Origin: the human T2T-CHM13v2.0 reference genome, Homo sapiens | Assembly (NCBI RefSeq): GCF_009914755.1 | Contig: NC_060926.1 | Strand: one strand, 5' to 3' | DNA: 64,000 nucleotides | In this document: positions 47,275 through 63,332 of the stretch, in pieces | How positions within the stretch are numbered: position 1 is the stretch's first letter | Layout: the number at the start of each line of letters is the position of its first letter | Position numbers and translations under genes: made by a program | The notes under the pieces: model-generated | The model's database searches: none | Told to the model about the DNA's origin: nothing | The model's input: only the letters and a program-made list of their open reading frames with translations

Positions 47275-48080
47275 TTTAATTAAAGCTTTTATTTTGAGAT
47301 TCTTTGTACCCTTTACCCAGTTGCATGCAGTGGTAACCTCTTGCACAACTCCAGTACAATGTCACACCCAGGATACTAACCTCGTTACAGTGGAGATGGG
47401 TAGCCTCCAAGCCGCAGAGATTTTCCTTGTGCCCTTTTACAGCCTCACACATGTCCCTCTGTAACCCCTGGCAAACACTCATCTGGTCTCCATTTCTATA
47501 ATTTGGTCTTTTCAAGATGTGATATAAATGGAATCTTATAGTATGTAACCTTTGGGGTTGGATTTTTCACTCAGCGTAATTCCCTGGAGCCTCATTGAGG
47601 TTGATGAGTCTTATCAGTGGTTGTTCCTTTTTATTACTGAGTAGTATTCCACGGGTGTACCACAGTTTGTTAATCATTTACCCCCTGAAGGGCATCCGAA
47701 TAGTTTCCAGCTTTTGGTGATCATGAATAAAGCTGCTGTAAACATTCCTGGGTAGGTTTCGGTGCAAACATGAATCTCCATTTCTCTGGGATAAATGCTG
47801 AAGAGTGTAATTGCTGGGTCATATGCTAGTCACATGCTTGGTTTTTTAAGAAACTGCCAAACCGTTTTGCAGAGTGGCCGTAATGTTTTACATCCCACCC
47901 AACAGTAAGATCCACTTTCTCCATATTCTCTCCAGCAGGTGGTGTTGGCACTAGTTTCTGTTGTAGCCATCGTGATAGGTGCGTAGGGCTCTCTGGTTGT
48001 GGTTTCAGTGTGTTTCTCTGATGGCTAAGGATGTTGAGTATCTTCTGTGTGCTTATTTGCCGCTTGCATATCCTCTTGTG
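47275..48080 (-). mobile_element. Old L1M (MC-like) 3' fragment
   Basis: gatataaatggaatc...gtatgtaaccttt, aataaagctgctgtaaacatt, ctgatggctaaggatgttgag. Confidence 0.8.
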
Positions 48081-49682
48081 CTGTCGGGGGTGAGGACTCA
48101 TTTCCAGGTGGTATAGGAGACATCCCGGCTCTCAGCTTGGCCTCCTCTGGATACTCTGTTAGGTGAGTGCTGGAGTGCCTAGCTGCGGCCTGGGAGTGGG
48201 GTGGGCATGGTTTTTTCTTGTGGCGCTGGCTGGAGTAAGGTGGGTGTTACTGCCGTTGTCAGTTTCTGTCTTGTCTGACTGCCCCCTTCCTGGATCCTTG
48301 GCCTGGAAGAGCAGGCTTTTGTTGGGGCTTTCCACCCACCCCCCCAGTATCCATCACTGTTTTCGGCTGCTGCTTCTTTAGCTCCAAGTCTAGGGTATAC
48401 CAGGTAAAAAGAAAACCCAGAGGGCCACCACAGTGTCATCCCTTTGGACAAGACCCTTGTCAGGCTGCCATCTTCTCTCTACCTTTCAGGGTCTTTTTGT
48501 GTTGATTTTCTGATGCCCATGGTTTTCAGTTCTCAGTGAGAGGAGTGGGGAAAAGTACCTCCCTGTCATCTGAATTTGGACCCGTGAAAAGTGAAGAGGG
48601 GGTCCATTCAGAATGTTGTGCCTCTACCCATCCCTGCTCGCTCGTCATGACCGTTGGACCGTTGTGGTCCCCGGGCCTCACATTAATTACTCTTAGGCCC
48701 TTTTGGTTTGGCCTGTGGTTTCAGCGTGACACAGTTTGCTGGACTTTGATCTTTTTTGTCATTTAAAGTGTCATTTATGAATGAGATCCACGTCCAGATC
48801 CCTGCATGTCCAAATTCATGGTTAGAAATGGTTGGACAGGACATAGCCATTTGGGTGCTGTGATTCAGCCTGATGTCAATCAGTGAACTGCCTTTGTCAT
48901 TATCCTCCAGATCTTATTTCTCCACCTTCTATTTTGAACTCTTGGGAAACCTGGTCAGAGTGGGAGGGACAACTAGTCAGATGACTTAATGAGATGTTGG
49001 TATCGTCCTTGTGCTGATCCTCCAAGCCAGTCACCCTGCCAAAACGGAAATGAAATGTGCCAGACACCGCTTGTACTGAGTGAGCTTGGGAGAGCTCGTG
49101 GTGAGTGCCAGTTGCTTCCCTGCCTCCGGCCCACTGGCCCTGGTGTGAGGCACCACCCAGATGAGGAGAGGCTGCGGGATGGAGGTCCAGGGCTCCGCCT
49201 GGAGCCCCCCTGCCTGGTGTCCTGGCCACATCAGCTCATTTGCTGTGGGACTGTGAGCAGGCCCCTCAGCCGGGTTCGTCAGGTTGTGGAGAAGCTGAAT
49301 GGAGCAGATAACCTGGAAAACACGCGGTGGATTGCCGAGACCTTCTTTGTGCCTCGCCCATATTAGCCAAACTGTCCCTTGTTCTATCAGCTGCCATGTG
49401 TGTGTAAGCCAGAGTCCACCCTCTTTTCCATTTGAGAAATCACGTCTGCATGTCTCCAGTATGTCTCCTTTTTCACCATGATTTCTCAGAGATCACTCCC
49501 TGCGGTTTAATAACCCCCTGGGCTAATTCTTCCCAGGACATGGGAGGACATTTTGTCTGGCTTGGCAACTCATTTAGAGTAGCAAGGTATTTTCTCATTT
49601 CTCTTGGAAAATCATGTACTTGAATCAAGAATAGAAGCCAAAATTGTTCTTTCAAATAGAATTTTAAAGCTTTTTTTTTTAA

Positions 49683-50014
<332 letters not shown>

Positions 50015-50039
50015 GACTTTATTCTTTTTTAATAGCTCA

Positions 50040-51550
50040 TTTTTGGATTGGCAACACATGCAAGTGGTACAGAAATCTTAAGGCTAAAAAGATATAAAGT
50101 GTTTCCCAGCCACTCAGAGGTCCTCTCAGTTAGAGGTGACTAATATTAGTGTTTTCTCTGTACCCATACTCTTCCTGCAATTGGCTTTTATCTATTAACA
50201 GTGTGTCTTAGAGGTTGTTCCATATAAGAACATGTAGAGTAGCTTCAGGGGTTTTAGTGGCTGCATAGTTTTCTGTTATATGAATGTACTGTCATTACTG
50301 TAGCCAGTCTCTACCAGCCTTATATTGATCACTATTTGTTTGGTTTCAAATATTTTGTCTTTATAGTGAATGCCGCCACAAATAACCTTGTATATACAGT
50401 ATGTGATTTCTCATGAAGATACAGGAGAGGATAAATTTATAGAAGCATGGTTGTTGAGACACAGGTGTATATTTTCAAGTCTGACAGATTTTACCAAATG
50501 GTTTCCATAGAGGTTGTATTAATTTTTGCCCCAGTGTATGAGAATCAGTAGACCATATTATAAAACATTTGATCTCTGTGAATCTGGTAGGTTAAAAAAT
50601 GGGATCTCCTAATTTTAACTTGCATTTGCCTTATAAGACAGCGTTTTTTCATAAACGTTGAAAATCCATTTCTAACACTGTTTTAACATAGTGCTGCCAG
50701 ACTCTCATATTCATGCTTCATATTTCATATTCATATTCATGTTTCCACCTTTCTCTCCCTGTCTCTTGTACAGTTATTTTCTAACCAGATTTTATGCAGG
50801 AGTCTGGGCAGCTCTGCACACTTTTCTTTTGAGTTATGTGGTTATGTGTTTTTGAGAAATCCCAAGTTCTGTATCCTTTTTGACTGAGGTGCAGCATTCA
50901 CATGGAGGAGTGTACTCATTACAGACGCACAGCTTGATGCATGTTCCCGACCACGGAGAACACTGCAGCCCCCGGAATCCCTCCTGTGTGCCCCTCCTGT
51001 CAAAGCAGCTGCTAGGAGAAGCTAGCATCTAATACCATAGATTAGTTATGTCTGTTTTTTTAACTTTATGTAATGCATAAGGAAATTACACAGAGTATAT
51101 GTCGTCTTGTGTCAGGCTTATTTCTTTCGCTGTTGTAAGATTCATTACATTATTGCTTGTCTCCCAATGTATGAGTATACTACAGTGTATTCACTGTAGG
51201 CCTGTTTAGAGTAGTGATGCTATGAACATTCTCGTATGCTTTGATGAGGAAGGTATGCGTTTGCATTTCTGTGGGATGCGTGGGTGGAATTGCTGAGTCA
51301 CAGGGTATATACAAGTTCAGCTGTTTTCTGAAGTAGTTGCACCAAATTGCACTGTCACCAGCACTTGATACTGTCTGTTACAGCTCAGCCATTGTGAGAG
51401 ATGCATCACCCTGTAGCTTTAATTTGTACTTCCCTGATGACTAATCAAATTGAGCACCGGGTCATGTGCTTTATTGGCCATTTGTGAAATAGCTATTCAA
51501 GTCTTTCGTCCATTTTACTATTAGTTTGTCTGCTCTTACTGATTTTTAAG
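50040..51550 (-). mobile_element. Degraded L1M fragments
   Basis: Motifs such as ttccctgatgactaat and gctatgaacattc. Confidence 0.6.
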
Positions 51551-51846
51551 TTCTGTTACCCTCAAGAGAATTCCAGCAGGTGTGTAAAAATTCACATCTG
51601 TCTATGGCTGTTCTAGCCTGCCTCAGGATTCTGTGAGAAATGCATCCACCATTTTATCCACTCCTCCTCTGTGACATCACGTTTCTTTCTCCAGTCATCA
51701 AGCATCAAGATCTGAGGATATTTTCTCTCTCCAGTGTGTAGGTTTCCATGCAGTCACCTCTGATGCAGTTCTGCTCCTTCTCTTGGTGGGACGTCCTGCA
51801 GCCTGGCCTTTTGAATCCCTGGGATGTCATTCATTTGTCCTGTTGA

Positions 51847-52170
<324 letters not shown>

Positions 52171-55100
52171 TTATTGCCCTGCTTCTGATTTGCAATTATC
52201 TTTTAAGTTGATTCAGGGGTGTGAACTGTTTCTTATTTAATACATTTGCTTGAAAAATATGAGCCATCTTTTAGTCTCCAAAGACTTTTCTTTGTGAAGG
52301 CTGGATTTTGGAGATAGTTTCAGCTTTTTTACACCATTCCTTGGTTGCCAGTAGTTATGATACTGGCTGCAGTCCAGACATAGGGATGCTCTTAGTATTC
52401 CTTAGAGCATCTCCCTGCACCCTGCCACCTGCCCTGGTGGGCAGGGTGAGCAGCCAGGAAGGCATAGCCTGAGGGCCTGTATCTAGCCCCTGCTTTCTCG
52501 CCTGGGTCCTTCCTACCCATGCTGTCTCCCAAATCAAGGGATTGAATAGGAAGTGCTGCTCAGAACATCCCCCAGAATCAGCCTCCCGAAGAGACTCACC
52601 CTCCCCTACCAGAGGTTGGGCTGTGGCTGGTGTTAGGGGAACAGGAGTAGGAGGGGAGCCAGAGGAGGAGGAGGTGGGCCCTTGCCTAAGGGGTGCCTGC
52701 TGGTTGGTGTGGGGGCTGGAGCTCGCCAGGAGGGGTGTGCTGAGAAGATGGAGGCATGGCATGGAAGTGTGAGTCATGGCAAATCTCCTGTGTGCAGCTG
52801 GGGACCGACATAGAGAAGGCAGGCCCAGTTGTGTCCCCTCTGTGGGCAGCTAAGAAGGATGGATTCTGACTTATTTGGTGGGACTCTCCTGTGACATTTC
52901 TTGTGGTTTGGGAGAGTGGACCACTGATACCAGAGCAGTCTTAAGAAAGATGCTCACATGGGAAAGGGGTCTCAGCAGTGTCAAATGATGACATCAAAGC
53001 TGAGGGCTTCGACCCCAAGGTAGCACCGATAGTGACAGTGCCCAGAACATTATCAGGTTGCACCAACTGGCACCTCACAACAACAAGGCTAGGATGCGAC
53101 ACTGCTCTTAATAGCTCCGGTTTTCAGATGGGGCAGTGGAGGCACAGGGCGGAGAAGCACCTGCTCTAAGTTACACAGCTAGCAAGGGCTTCAGACTCAG
53201 GGAATGTGCCAGGCCCTGTGCACATTTGGTCCTGTTCAGTCCCACCACAGCCCTGCAGGTTGCTTCTAGCATCACTTTTCTTGACGAGAAGCAAAGAGGG
53301 TCTGCCCCCATTTCGCAAATTTATCAGTGGCCAGGTAGGATTCAGATCTGGGTCTCTCTCAGGCTTCTTCACAACAGAACAGGCACAAATAAGAGGTTTT
53401 TTTTTGTTGTTGTTGTTGTTGTTCTGTTTTTTCCTTAGAAGCCAAAACCCAGGTTCTCTGACATTTATCTGTTGCTCAGTGTTTATTGTCTGCAAACAAC
53501 AGCACAGGTGAAGGCAATGATGCCATTGGTCACTTGTATCTTAACTCACTGTCTTTAAACCTAATGCTTTTGTCTATAATTTGCTGTCTAGTAGTGCCCA
53601 ATACCCACAAAGCAATTCTAGTACACCCTCTCCTTCAGTGTGTGGGTCAGGTGGGCCCAAAGATCCATCTTCTCAAACGCTGAGGCTGAGTTCTGGAGCA
53701 AAGTTGGCACTTCAGCTCGTAAAGGCTGCCGTGGGAGTAGTAGACTCAGGACCTAAAACATCTCCTTGTTGTCTTCTATAAATATCCTGTTGCATGACTC
53801 CTAATATAATCCCCGAGTTATGCACAGTAAGGTATATTATCTTTCTCTTACTATATTTACTATGCTGACAAAAGTGTTCAAATATTAAAACTCACCCAGG
53901 GTGAACAGTTCGGGACGTGTGCTCAGACTTGATAGGTAGACAGGGACGGTGCCGATGACATGCACCCACTCGGCCTTGGCAGCTCCCAGTCTCCCATGAC
54001 CGTCCCTCAGTGGCTGTCCAGAGACTCCCTGAGTCCCACTCTCAGGGCCCACTTTGTCGTCTTCATGGCTGAGTCAGTGTGGGAAATAGTTATCTGCCTG
54101 CCTCTCCACGCTGTGAGTTCTGTGAGGGGAGGAACTTTGCTCACCATGTTGTTAGAATCCCCAGTCTAGAGGAGACACCTAGCCAGCATCTGCTGAGCCG
54201 GGGGGTGTCCTCTGGAGGGAGAGGGGCTGTTTGTGGTGCTCTCAAGCTTGAACAGCAGCAGGGCAGAAGGCAGACGGCCCCTCCGGGCCTGCCTTTGCCG
54301 TCTCTCCTTCGCCCTCACTCTCTCCCAGCTCTGCTGCTTCCCACGCCCAGCCCGGCCCCAGGTGTTCTTCTCCCACCAACCCAGGATATGTGGAAGAAGA
54401 AGCGAACCATGCAGTGGCGACCCAGTTCCATTTATCCCCTCTGCGGTGAAACTTAGTCACTGGAGAATCTCCCTGTAAAGCACTTTCTATGGTTTCTGAG
54501 CCAGAAACATGGTCATTTAATAATTTAAATTGGGTATTCCTAAATTGGGTCTTCTTAATGTAAATTAAAGCTATGAGATGTGCCGAAATCTAAAAGTTAA
54601 ATAACATATTTTGTTTTTGAATCCATGGGGAAGCAAGCATTTTCCTAACACTGTTGGTGAGAATGCAAAATGGTACAACCCCTGTGGGAATAATTTGGCA
54701 ATAGCTAGCAAAATTACATGTGCATTTACTCTTTGTCAGGGCAATTCTACTTCTAGGAATTTACCCCAGAGATACACTGGTAAAAACAGGAAAAGATGCT
54801 TGTAAAGATAATTCACGGCAACACTATGAGAAATCGCAGAAGAATTTTAAACAGCACAAAATTCCCATCCATAGGGCGCTGGCTGAGTCCTATACAGTGG
54901 AGTACTGTGCCACTGTTGAAAGAATGAGGAAGCCCTGGATATTGCTAAGGAGTGATGGCCGGGATATGTAATTAAATGGAAAGGCAAAGGTGGAGAAAAG
55001 TGTCCATGCTACTGTTGACAAAAGGGACAATGTGATATACATGTTTGCATGTATCTTAAAAATGGAAGGAGAAACCTTACTTTCTCTCTCTCTTTTTTGG

Positions 55101-55488
55101 TAAAGCAGCCTATGGGAACCAAGATAGGGGAGAGATATAAAAGCTAGATTTCTAAATCTACCTTGTTTGTAGATTTGACTTTGGAACTCCATCGCTATAT
55201 TATAATCATTATAAAACAAAATTAAGTAAAAGGTTATGACCCTTGAAAATTTTGATATACACTATCAATTTTTTCTCTAAAAAGTTTATACCCTGTTTAC
55301 CTCCTGTCAGTACTTGAGGAGAACTCTTTTTCCCCCACATGTTTGTCAGTACTGGATAGTCATCTTTTAAAACTTTGCCAATCCCATGGGCAAAAAATAG
55401 ATTGCTATTTTCATTTGCATTCTCTGATGACTAGAGTGATTAAGCAGCTTTTTACTTGCTTATTATCCATTTTGTATTTCTTCTGTGA

Positions 55489-58260
<2,772 letters not shown>

Positions 58261-58908
58261 GAACGTTGATGTATTTCTTTTGTGAAATGCAAGTTCATAG
58301 CCTTTTTTATATCAGGAAGATTTTTTTTCTACTGATTGATAAGAACCCTTTATATATTATGGATATCATTTTCATTTGTTGATTATTACCAGGTCACAGC
58401 TTTATTTCCAGTCAAGTTGTTCAGGTCCTGCATAGTCTGATATTGAGGTTTTCTACAAGAACATTTATATGTGATACATGCTCATGGTATTCCAGACTTA
58501 CAGCTGAGCAGACTTCCCTCAACTGTTCAAATGCTGGCCATCACTGTGGGCTCCCTGAAGCAGTAGCAACTGTGTCTTCCACTGTTCGGAAAACAACAGT
58601 TGTTACTTCTTTTTTTATTTCCTTAGGGTTTACTACTGTGTCTAAGTAGCAAGCAATTATAAATGTCCACTTAAATTGATTGCTGATGAATATATAAAAA
58701 CTAAATTTCACTGTCTTTTTGGTTTGAGATCATTCTTATTTTTAATTTTTAGTGATCCTTGATAACCATTTTTGTTTTCGGTTCAGTGTGAATACCTGAA
58801 TGAAATAGTAATTTTTATGTCTGTGTGAGGTCGGTTTTAAGAAAGCGTTCATAGCTATCAGCACTTGCCTTTTGTTCATGGATCTGTTGAACCTGTTTCT
58901 TTCTCTAG

Positions 58909-59013
58909 GTCATAACTCCATGCAGGAAGCTCATCTTGTGTGCTGATAACAGAAAAGAAATGGAAGATTGGATTGCAGCATTAAAGACTGTGCAGAACAG
59001 GGAGCACTTTGAG
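58909..59013 (+). CDS. DGKD: DGKD exon 4, PH C-terminal helix (VITPCRKL...[10 protein letters not shown]...EHFE), 105 nt, phase 0-0
   Basis: Acceptor ctttctctag| and donor GAG|gttaaa; carries the invariant PH tryptophan (EDWIAAL). Absent from the ORF track, read by hand. Confidence 0.95.
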
Positions 59014-59297
59014 GTTAAAAAAGAAAATACCCTTCTCCAAATGCCTCCTGTTGCCTCCCTCACCCCAGTGTCTGCTGTCTGAGTGTCTCCCACGTGCGGA
59101 CCCACAGTCTGGAGCTCACGTTCTTAGCATGTTCTTTATACAATTAAAGCTTATTGCTTGTCCTCTCAGCAGACCTGTCCTTTATAAACCTTCCTCCTCT
59201 CCTCTCTTGGATACTTTGTTTAATCTTGTCCAAGTTACTGCATTTAACAATTTAAAAGAGAAGTCTTATCTTTGCCCTCTTGGTTTCGTTCTTCCAG

Positions 59298-59430
59298 CCC
59301 ACCCAGTACAGCATGGACCACTTCTCAGGGATGCACAATTGGTACGCCTGTTCCCACGCGAGGCCGACCTACTGCAATGTGTGCCGTGAGGCTCTGTCTG
59401 GGGTCACGTCGCACGGGCTGTCCTGCGAGG
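59298..59430 (+). CDS. DGKD: DGKD exon 5, first part of C1A (PTQYSM...HNW...CNVC...LSCE), 133 nt, phase 0-1
   Basis: Acceptor ttcttccag| and donor AGG|gtacgg; H-x12-C-x2-C pattern. Confidence 0.96.
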
Positions 59431-59856
59431 GTACGGATGTGCGTTTGTTATTCTGTCAGGAAAGGTGGCCTGGCATTTTACTTGATAAAGCCTTGGAAAT
59501 CCAAACCCAGTCACCATAAATAAGCCGTTGTCACCCATGTGGTCAGTCAAGGGCACAGCGATTTCTGTGATGCCATTCTTGTTTATTTTACCTGCCGAAG
59601 AGTCCTTGATAAATCATTTTTTATAGTGCTCAGAGTGAAAAGGGAAGTGGTGGGTGGCAAAAGGAGAAATGGGAAATCTAGAGCACACAGAGGGAAAGGC
59701 ACTGAAGGAACAGTGGTCGGCCCCTGTGTCTCACACTCTGCAGCCGGGGAAACGGGGCTGTGCATATATGGACTGAAAGTGTGTTACAGACTTAGAGGTC
59801 AGGGCTGCAGGGTTTGGGCAAGGGCATTCAGTCTGGTGGCAAAGCAGTGGGCTAGA

Positions 59857-60153
59857 GCAGGGCTTGTTAGCTATAGCCTGGACCACACCCTGCCTCTGCC
59901 TGTTTTTGTACAGCTCCCACGCTTCAGACTGGCTTTTAAATTTTTAAATGATTGGAAAAAATCAAAAGAAGAATCATATTTTGTGACACATGAAAATTAC
60001 ATGAAATTCAAATTTGTGCCCGTAAAAAAACATTGTCTCTGGCTGCTTTTGTGCTACATGACAGAGTTGATTAGTGGTGACGGAAGCTGGTTGCGACCTG
60101 CAGAGTCTCCACTGCTCACTCTCTGGCCTGTTACAGAAAGCTTACTGATCCCC
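59857..60153. mobile_element. MER58B-like hAT DNA transposon
   Basis: tttttaaatgattggaaaaaatcaaaagaagaatcatattttgtgacacatgaaaattacatgaaattcaaattt is characteristic of this family. Confidence 0.8.
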
Positions 60154-60346
60154 AGCTTTCCCTGCCGCTGCCGGTCCCACCGCCATCAGCCTCTAAGCGT
60201 ATCACAGTAGTTCACTTATAAAATGGGAGTGCCATTGGTTCCTTCCTTGACTTTTCTGGAGCTGGACGGTTCTCACAACACTGCTCAGCATGGGAAGCTC
60301 TTGGCACAGACACAGCTTGTAGGCTCATGTGCCCCTTCTCTCACAG

Positions 60347-60453
60347 TGTGCAAATTTAAGGCCCACAAGCGCTGTGCTGTGCGTGCAACCAATAACTGCA
60401 AGTGGACCACACTGGCCTCGATCGGGAAGGACATCATTGAAGATGCAGATGGG
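60347..60453 (+). CDS. DGKD: DGKD exon 6, end of C1A ([10 protein letters not shown]...NNC...DADG), 107 nt, phase 1-0
   Basis: Acceptor ttctctcacag| and donor GGG|gtatgt; completes C-x2-C-x4-H-x2-C-x7-C. Confidence 0.96.
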
Positions 60454-60844
60454 GTATGTTAAGAAATACCACCTGTGGGGCCCTGAGCCAGGGTCCCCCA
60501 CCTGCACGGCCCCATGCAAGCCTCCTCCCTGCCCTCCCTGCCACTGTTTCATTTGAGATGGTCACACTGGCATTGGGTGGCACAGTGGAAATTATATGCG
60601 GTCTCCGTGTGGTTGTCGCACCCCCGAGCTCCATCCTGTCCCTGTGAGTCTTGTTTGCACCTCCGACAGGTGCTATGGGTAGATGGTACTTCACAGGCCC
60701 TGCCATCCCTTCCCTCACTGGCCATCAGGGAAGGAGCTTGTTCTGGGAAGAATGCCTTGGCTGAGTTCACAACGAGCATTTCCTGGCTGCCCTGGACGTG
60801 GAACCTTGGGAGCGTCCCTAGTGCGTGCCTCTGTTTGGTTGCAG

Positions 60845-60970
60845 ATTGCAATGCCCCACCAGTGGTTGGAAGGAAACCTACCTGTGAGCGCCAAGTGCAC
60901 TGTGTGCGACAAGACCTGTGGCAGTGTGCTGCGCCTGCAGGACTGGCGCTGCCTCTGGTGCAAGGCCATG
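60845..60970 (+). CDS. DGKD: DGKD exon 7, C1B ([13 protein letters not shown]...CTVC...CLWCKAM), 126 nt, phase 0-0
   Basis: Acceptor ttggttgcag| and donor ATG|gtgagt; HQW-EGNLP motif typical of DGK C1B. Confidence 0.97.
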
Positions 60971-61905
60971 GTGAGTGTGGGCCCTGCGCCCGGGCTGGAG
61001 GGGAGGGCTTGCTCCCTACCGTGCCCATGCGGGCCTTGCGGCTCCGCATGATCTGCTGGATCCTGGTAAATTAATCCCAGAGGCCCCTCCGGCTGAGAGT
61101 GGGTTTTTGAACTGTTGGGTCATTCTCCTTCTTAGCTATGTTTTGGGGTATTTCTTCCTTTTGCATTTATTCCTGTCTTTAGACATATGCAGATGTGTAT
61201 TGTTATGACAGATGTCACCCTGCATCATGCGGCACTGTAGCCGGGTTGTGAGGGGTCACCTGGGACAATTGAGCTGGCCGCCTCTGTGGTGTGGAAGCAG
61301 GAAAGCTGTAGAGGCCATTTGGAGCGGCGTTGGCTCTGGGCAGTGTTGACAGTGAGCACAGCCATGTGGAAGGGGTGCAGCCCAGTGGCCTCCTGCCAGG
61401 TCCTGGGTCTCATCGTTGCTCTGGGTGGTGAGATGTGCTTCCAGGGAGAGACTCAGGGAGCCTCCATGTACTTGCTTCTGGGTTGGTCATTGTGAAGTGG
61501 CTGCTGCAGTCACTTGCCTAGCACATCTGGCTGCCAGGAGGAAGCCAAGACACAGGGGACACATAGAGGCACATGGCCCCAGGAGCCCTCACCCTCGTCC
61601 TGAAAGTTTGAGGTAGCTGTGGTCGAAGGGCCAGAAGGTTGGGTACAGGACTGTAGCTCACACGGTGTGAAGCATGACTGGCTCCTGCCGGGTATTTCCG
61701 TGTTATGCCTTCTCAAGTGCAAAGCCAGGGCCCAGGGCCCCCGATGATAGCAGGCCGGCCCAGGGCCCCTGATGGTAGCAGGCCAGCCCAGCTCTGAAAT
61801 CACCTGCCTCCCCCGAGGCCAGCTCATCAGCTACAGGGCAGGAGGATTTCTGGTGTGTGTGAAGGATGCCAGTGACCCTTGGTGACGCGGGGACTCTTGT
61901 TTCAG

Positions 61906-62008
61906 GTTCACACATCGTGTAAAGAATCCTTGCTGACCAAGTGCCCACTTGGCCTGTGCAAAGTGTCAGTCATCCCACCCACGGCTCTCAACAGCATCGA
62001 CTCCGATG
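61906..62008 (+). CDS. DGKD: DGKD exon 8, end of C1B and extension (VHTSC...[14 protein letters not shown]...SD), 103 nt, phase 0-1
   Basis: Acceptor cttgtttcag| and donor ATG|gtgggt; C-x-L-G...PP extension conserved in DGKs. Confidence 0.96.
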
Positions 62009-62195
62009 GTGGGTACCACACATGCTTATCCTTCTCATGCACGCCCACACGCTTCCTTCTCCACGCACTTTCTCTTCTCCAGCTCTGGAGTTGGTTATCT
62101 TGGTGAGATGTCAGCAAGAGGTCAGGCACAGCTGTTGGGGGTGCTGGAGGAGTTGCACAGAGCGGCACACGGCGCCCTGATGCTGCGGCATTGCC

Positions 62196-62329
62196 CTTAG
62201 ATGGGCCAGAGACCCAAGCCTGGCACTTGACGTGGAGGTGATGCTGTTGAGTGGCACCCAGGCTTAGACAGGCCTGAGACCCGAGCCTGGCACTTGACGT
62301 GGAGGTGATGCTGTTGAGTGCAACCCAGG
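62196..62329 (+). repeat. 67-bp tandem duplication (2 copies)
   Basis: cttaga...gagacc(ca/cg)agcctggcacttgacgtggaggtgatgctgttgagtg repeated. Confidence 0.9.
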
Positions 62330-62745
62330 TCTGGGGCCTTCTCCGTCATGAGCCATTGAAGCTGTGCCCCATCTCTGCCTAGCACATGCTGGCACACTGG
62401 CTTGCAGCTGCTCTCATGTCTGGCTGGGACATGGTGGCACCTGTTGACAAGTACTGGTGGAAAGGGGGATGTGGGGTACATGGCTCAGAGGAGATCAAGA
62501 AGAGAAGACAGCAGAAAGGTGGCATTTGGACAGCTTGTGAATGTGGAGGTCAGATGGATGGGGCTCCCGGCCTCACACATGGAGACCGGCTGTGGGGAAC
62601 TGTTCACTGACCTCCTCCTGACTTACAGGTGTGCATGTGTCAGGTGTGTGTCCTTTGGGGGGGTCTGCTGCTGCTGATTCCATCAGTGGTGCCCTCAGCG
62701 TCTTCCGTGGCCTATATATTTTCTTCTGTTCGTTCTTGCGTCCAG

Positions 62746-62908
62746 GGTTCTGGAAGGCCAGCTGTCCTCCTTCTTGCACAAGCCCACTGTTGGTCTTCGT
62801 CAATTCAAAAAGTGGGGACAACCAGGGTGTGAAGTTCCTCAGAAGATTCAAACAGCTACTAAACCCCGCCCAGGTCTTCGACCTCATGAACGGAGGCCCA
62901 CACCTCGG
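62746..62908 (+). CDS. DGKD: DGKD exon 9, start of catalytic domain (GFWKASC...[15 protein letters not shown]...GGPHLG), 163 nt, phase 1-2
   Basis: Acceptor ttgcgtccag| and donor CGG|gtagga; PLLVFVNxKSG motif of the DAG kinase catalytic domain. Confidence 0.96.
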
Positions 62909-63268
62909 GTAGGAAGCTTGTAAAATATATCTTTCTTGGAGTTTTAAAAATTGTGTAGATAGTGTGTGCTTGTTAAAAAAAAAAAGTTCAAAGACACAAA
63001 GCTTTAAATAGGAAAGAAAAGTTGAACTGCTTCCTTCCCAAATTGCACTTGCAGAGGTGCCCACTCTTAATAGAGGTGCATGGCCTTCCAACTTTGAACA
63101 CAGTGCGCGTGTGCACACACGTACATACATCCATGTACACACACCCATGCACGTGCATCTTTTGAGCCAATCAGGATTCTTCTTTACCTGCCGTTGCACA
63201 AATGCCTTCTGTATGTGTCTGCATACAACGTTGTGGGTGTATTTTCTTTCATTTTATAATTTTTTATT

Positions 63269-63284
63269 TATCTGTCTATCTATC

Positions 63285-63332
<48 letters not shown>
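63269..63332. repeat. (ATCT)n tetranucleotide STR, 12 uninterrupted units at 63285-63332
   Basis: Counted directly. Confidence 0.95.

Noticed and set aside
59539-60210. 223-aa + strand ORF between exons 5 and 6
   Set aside because: Non-ATG start, runs through a MER58-like element, has no recognisable domain and is not needed for the DGKD frame.
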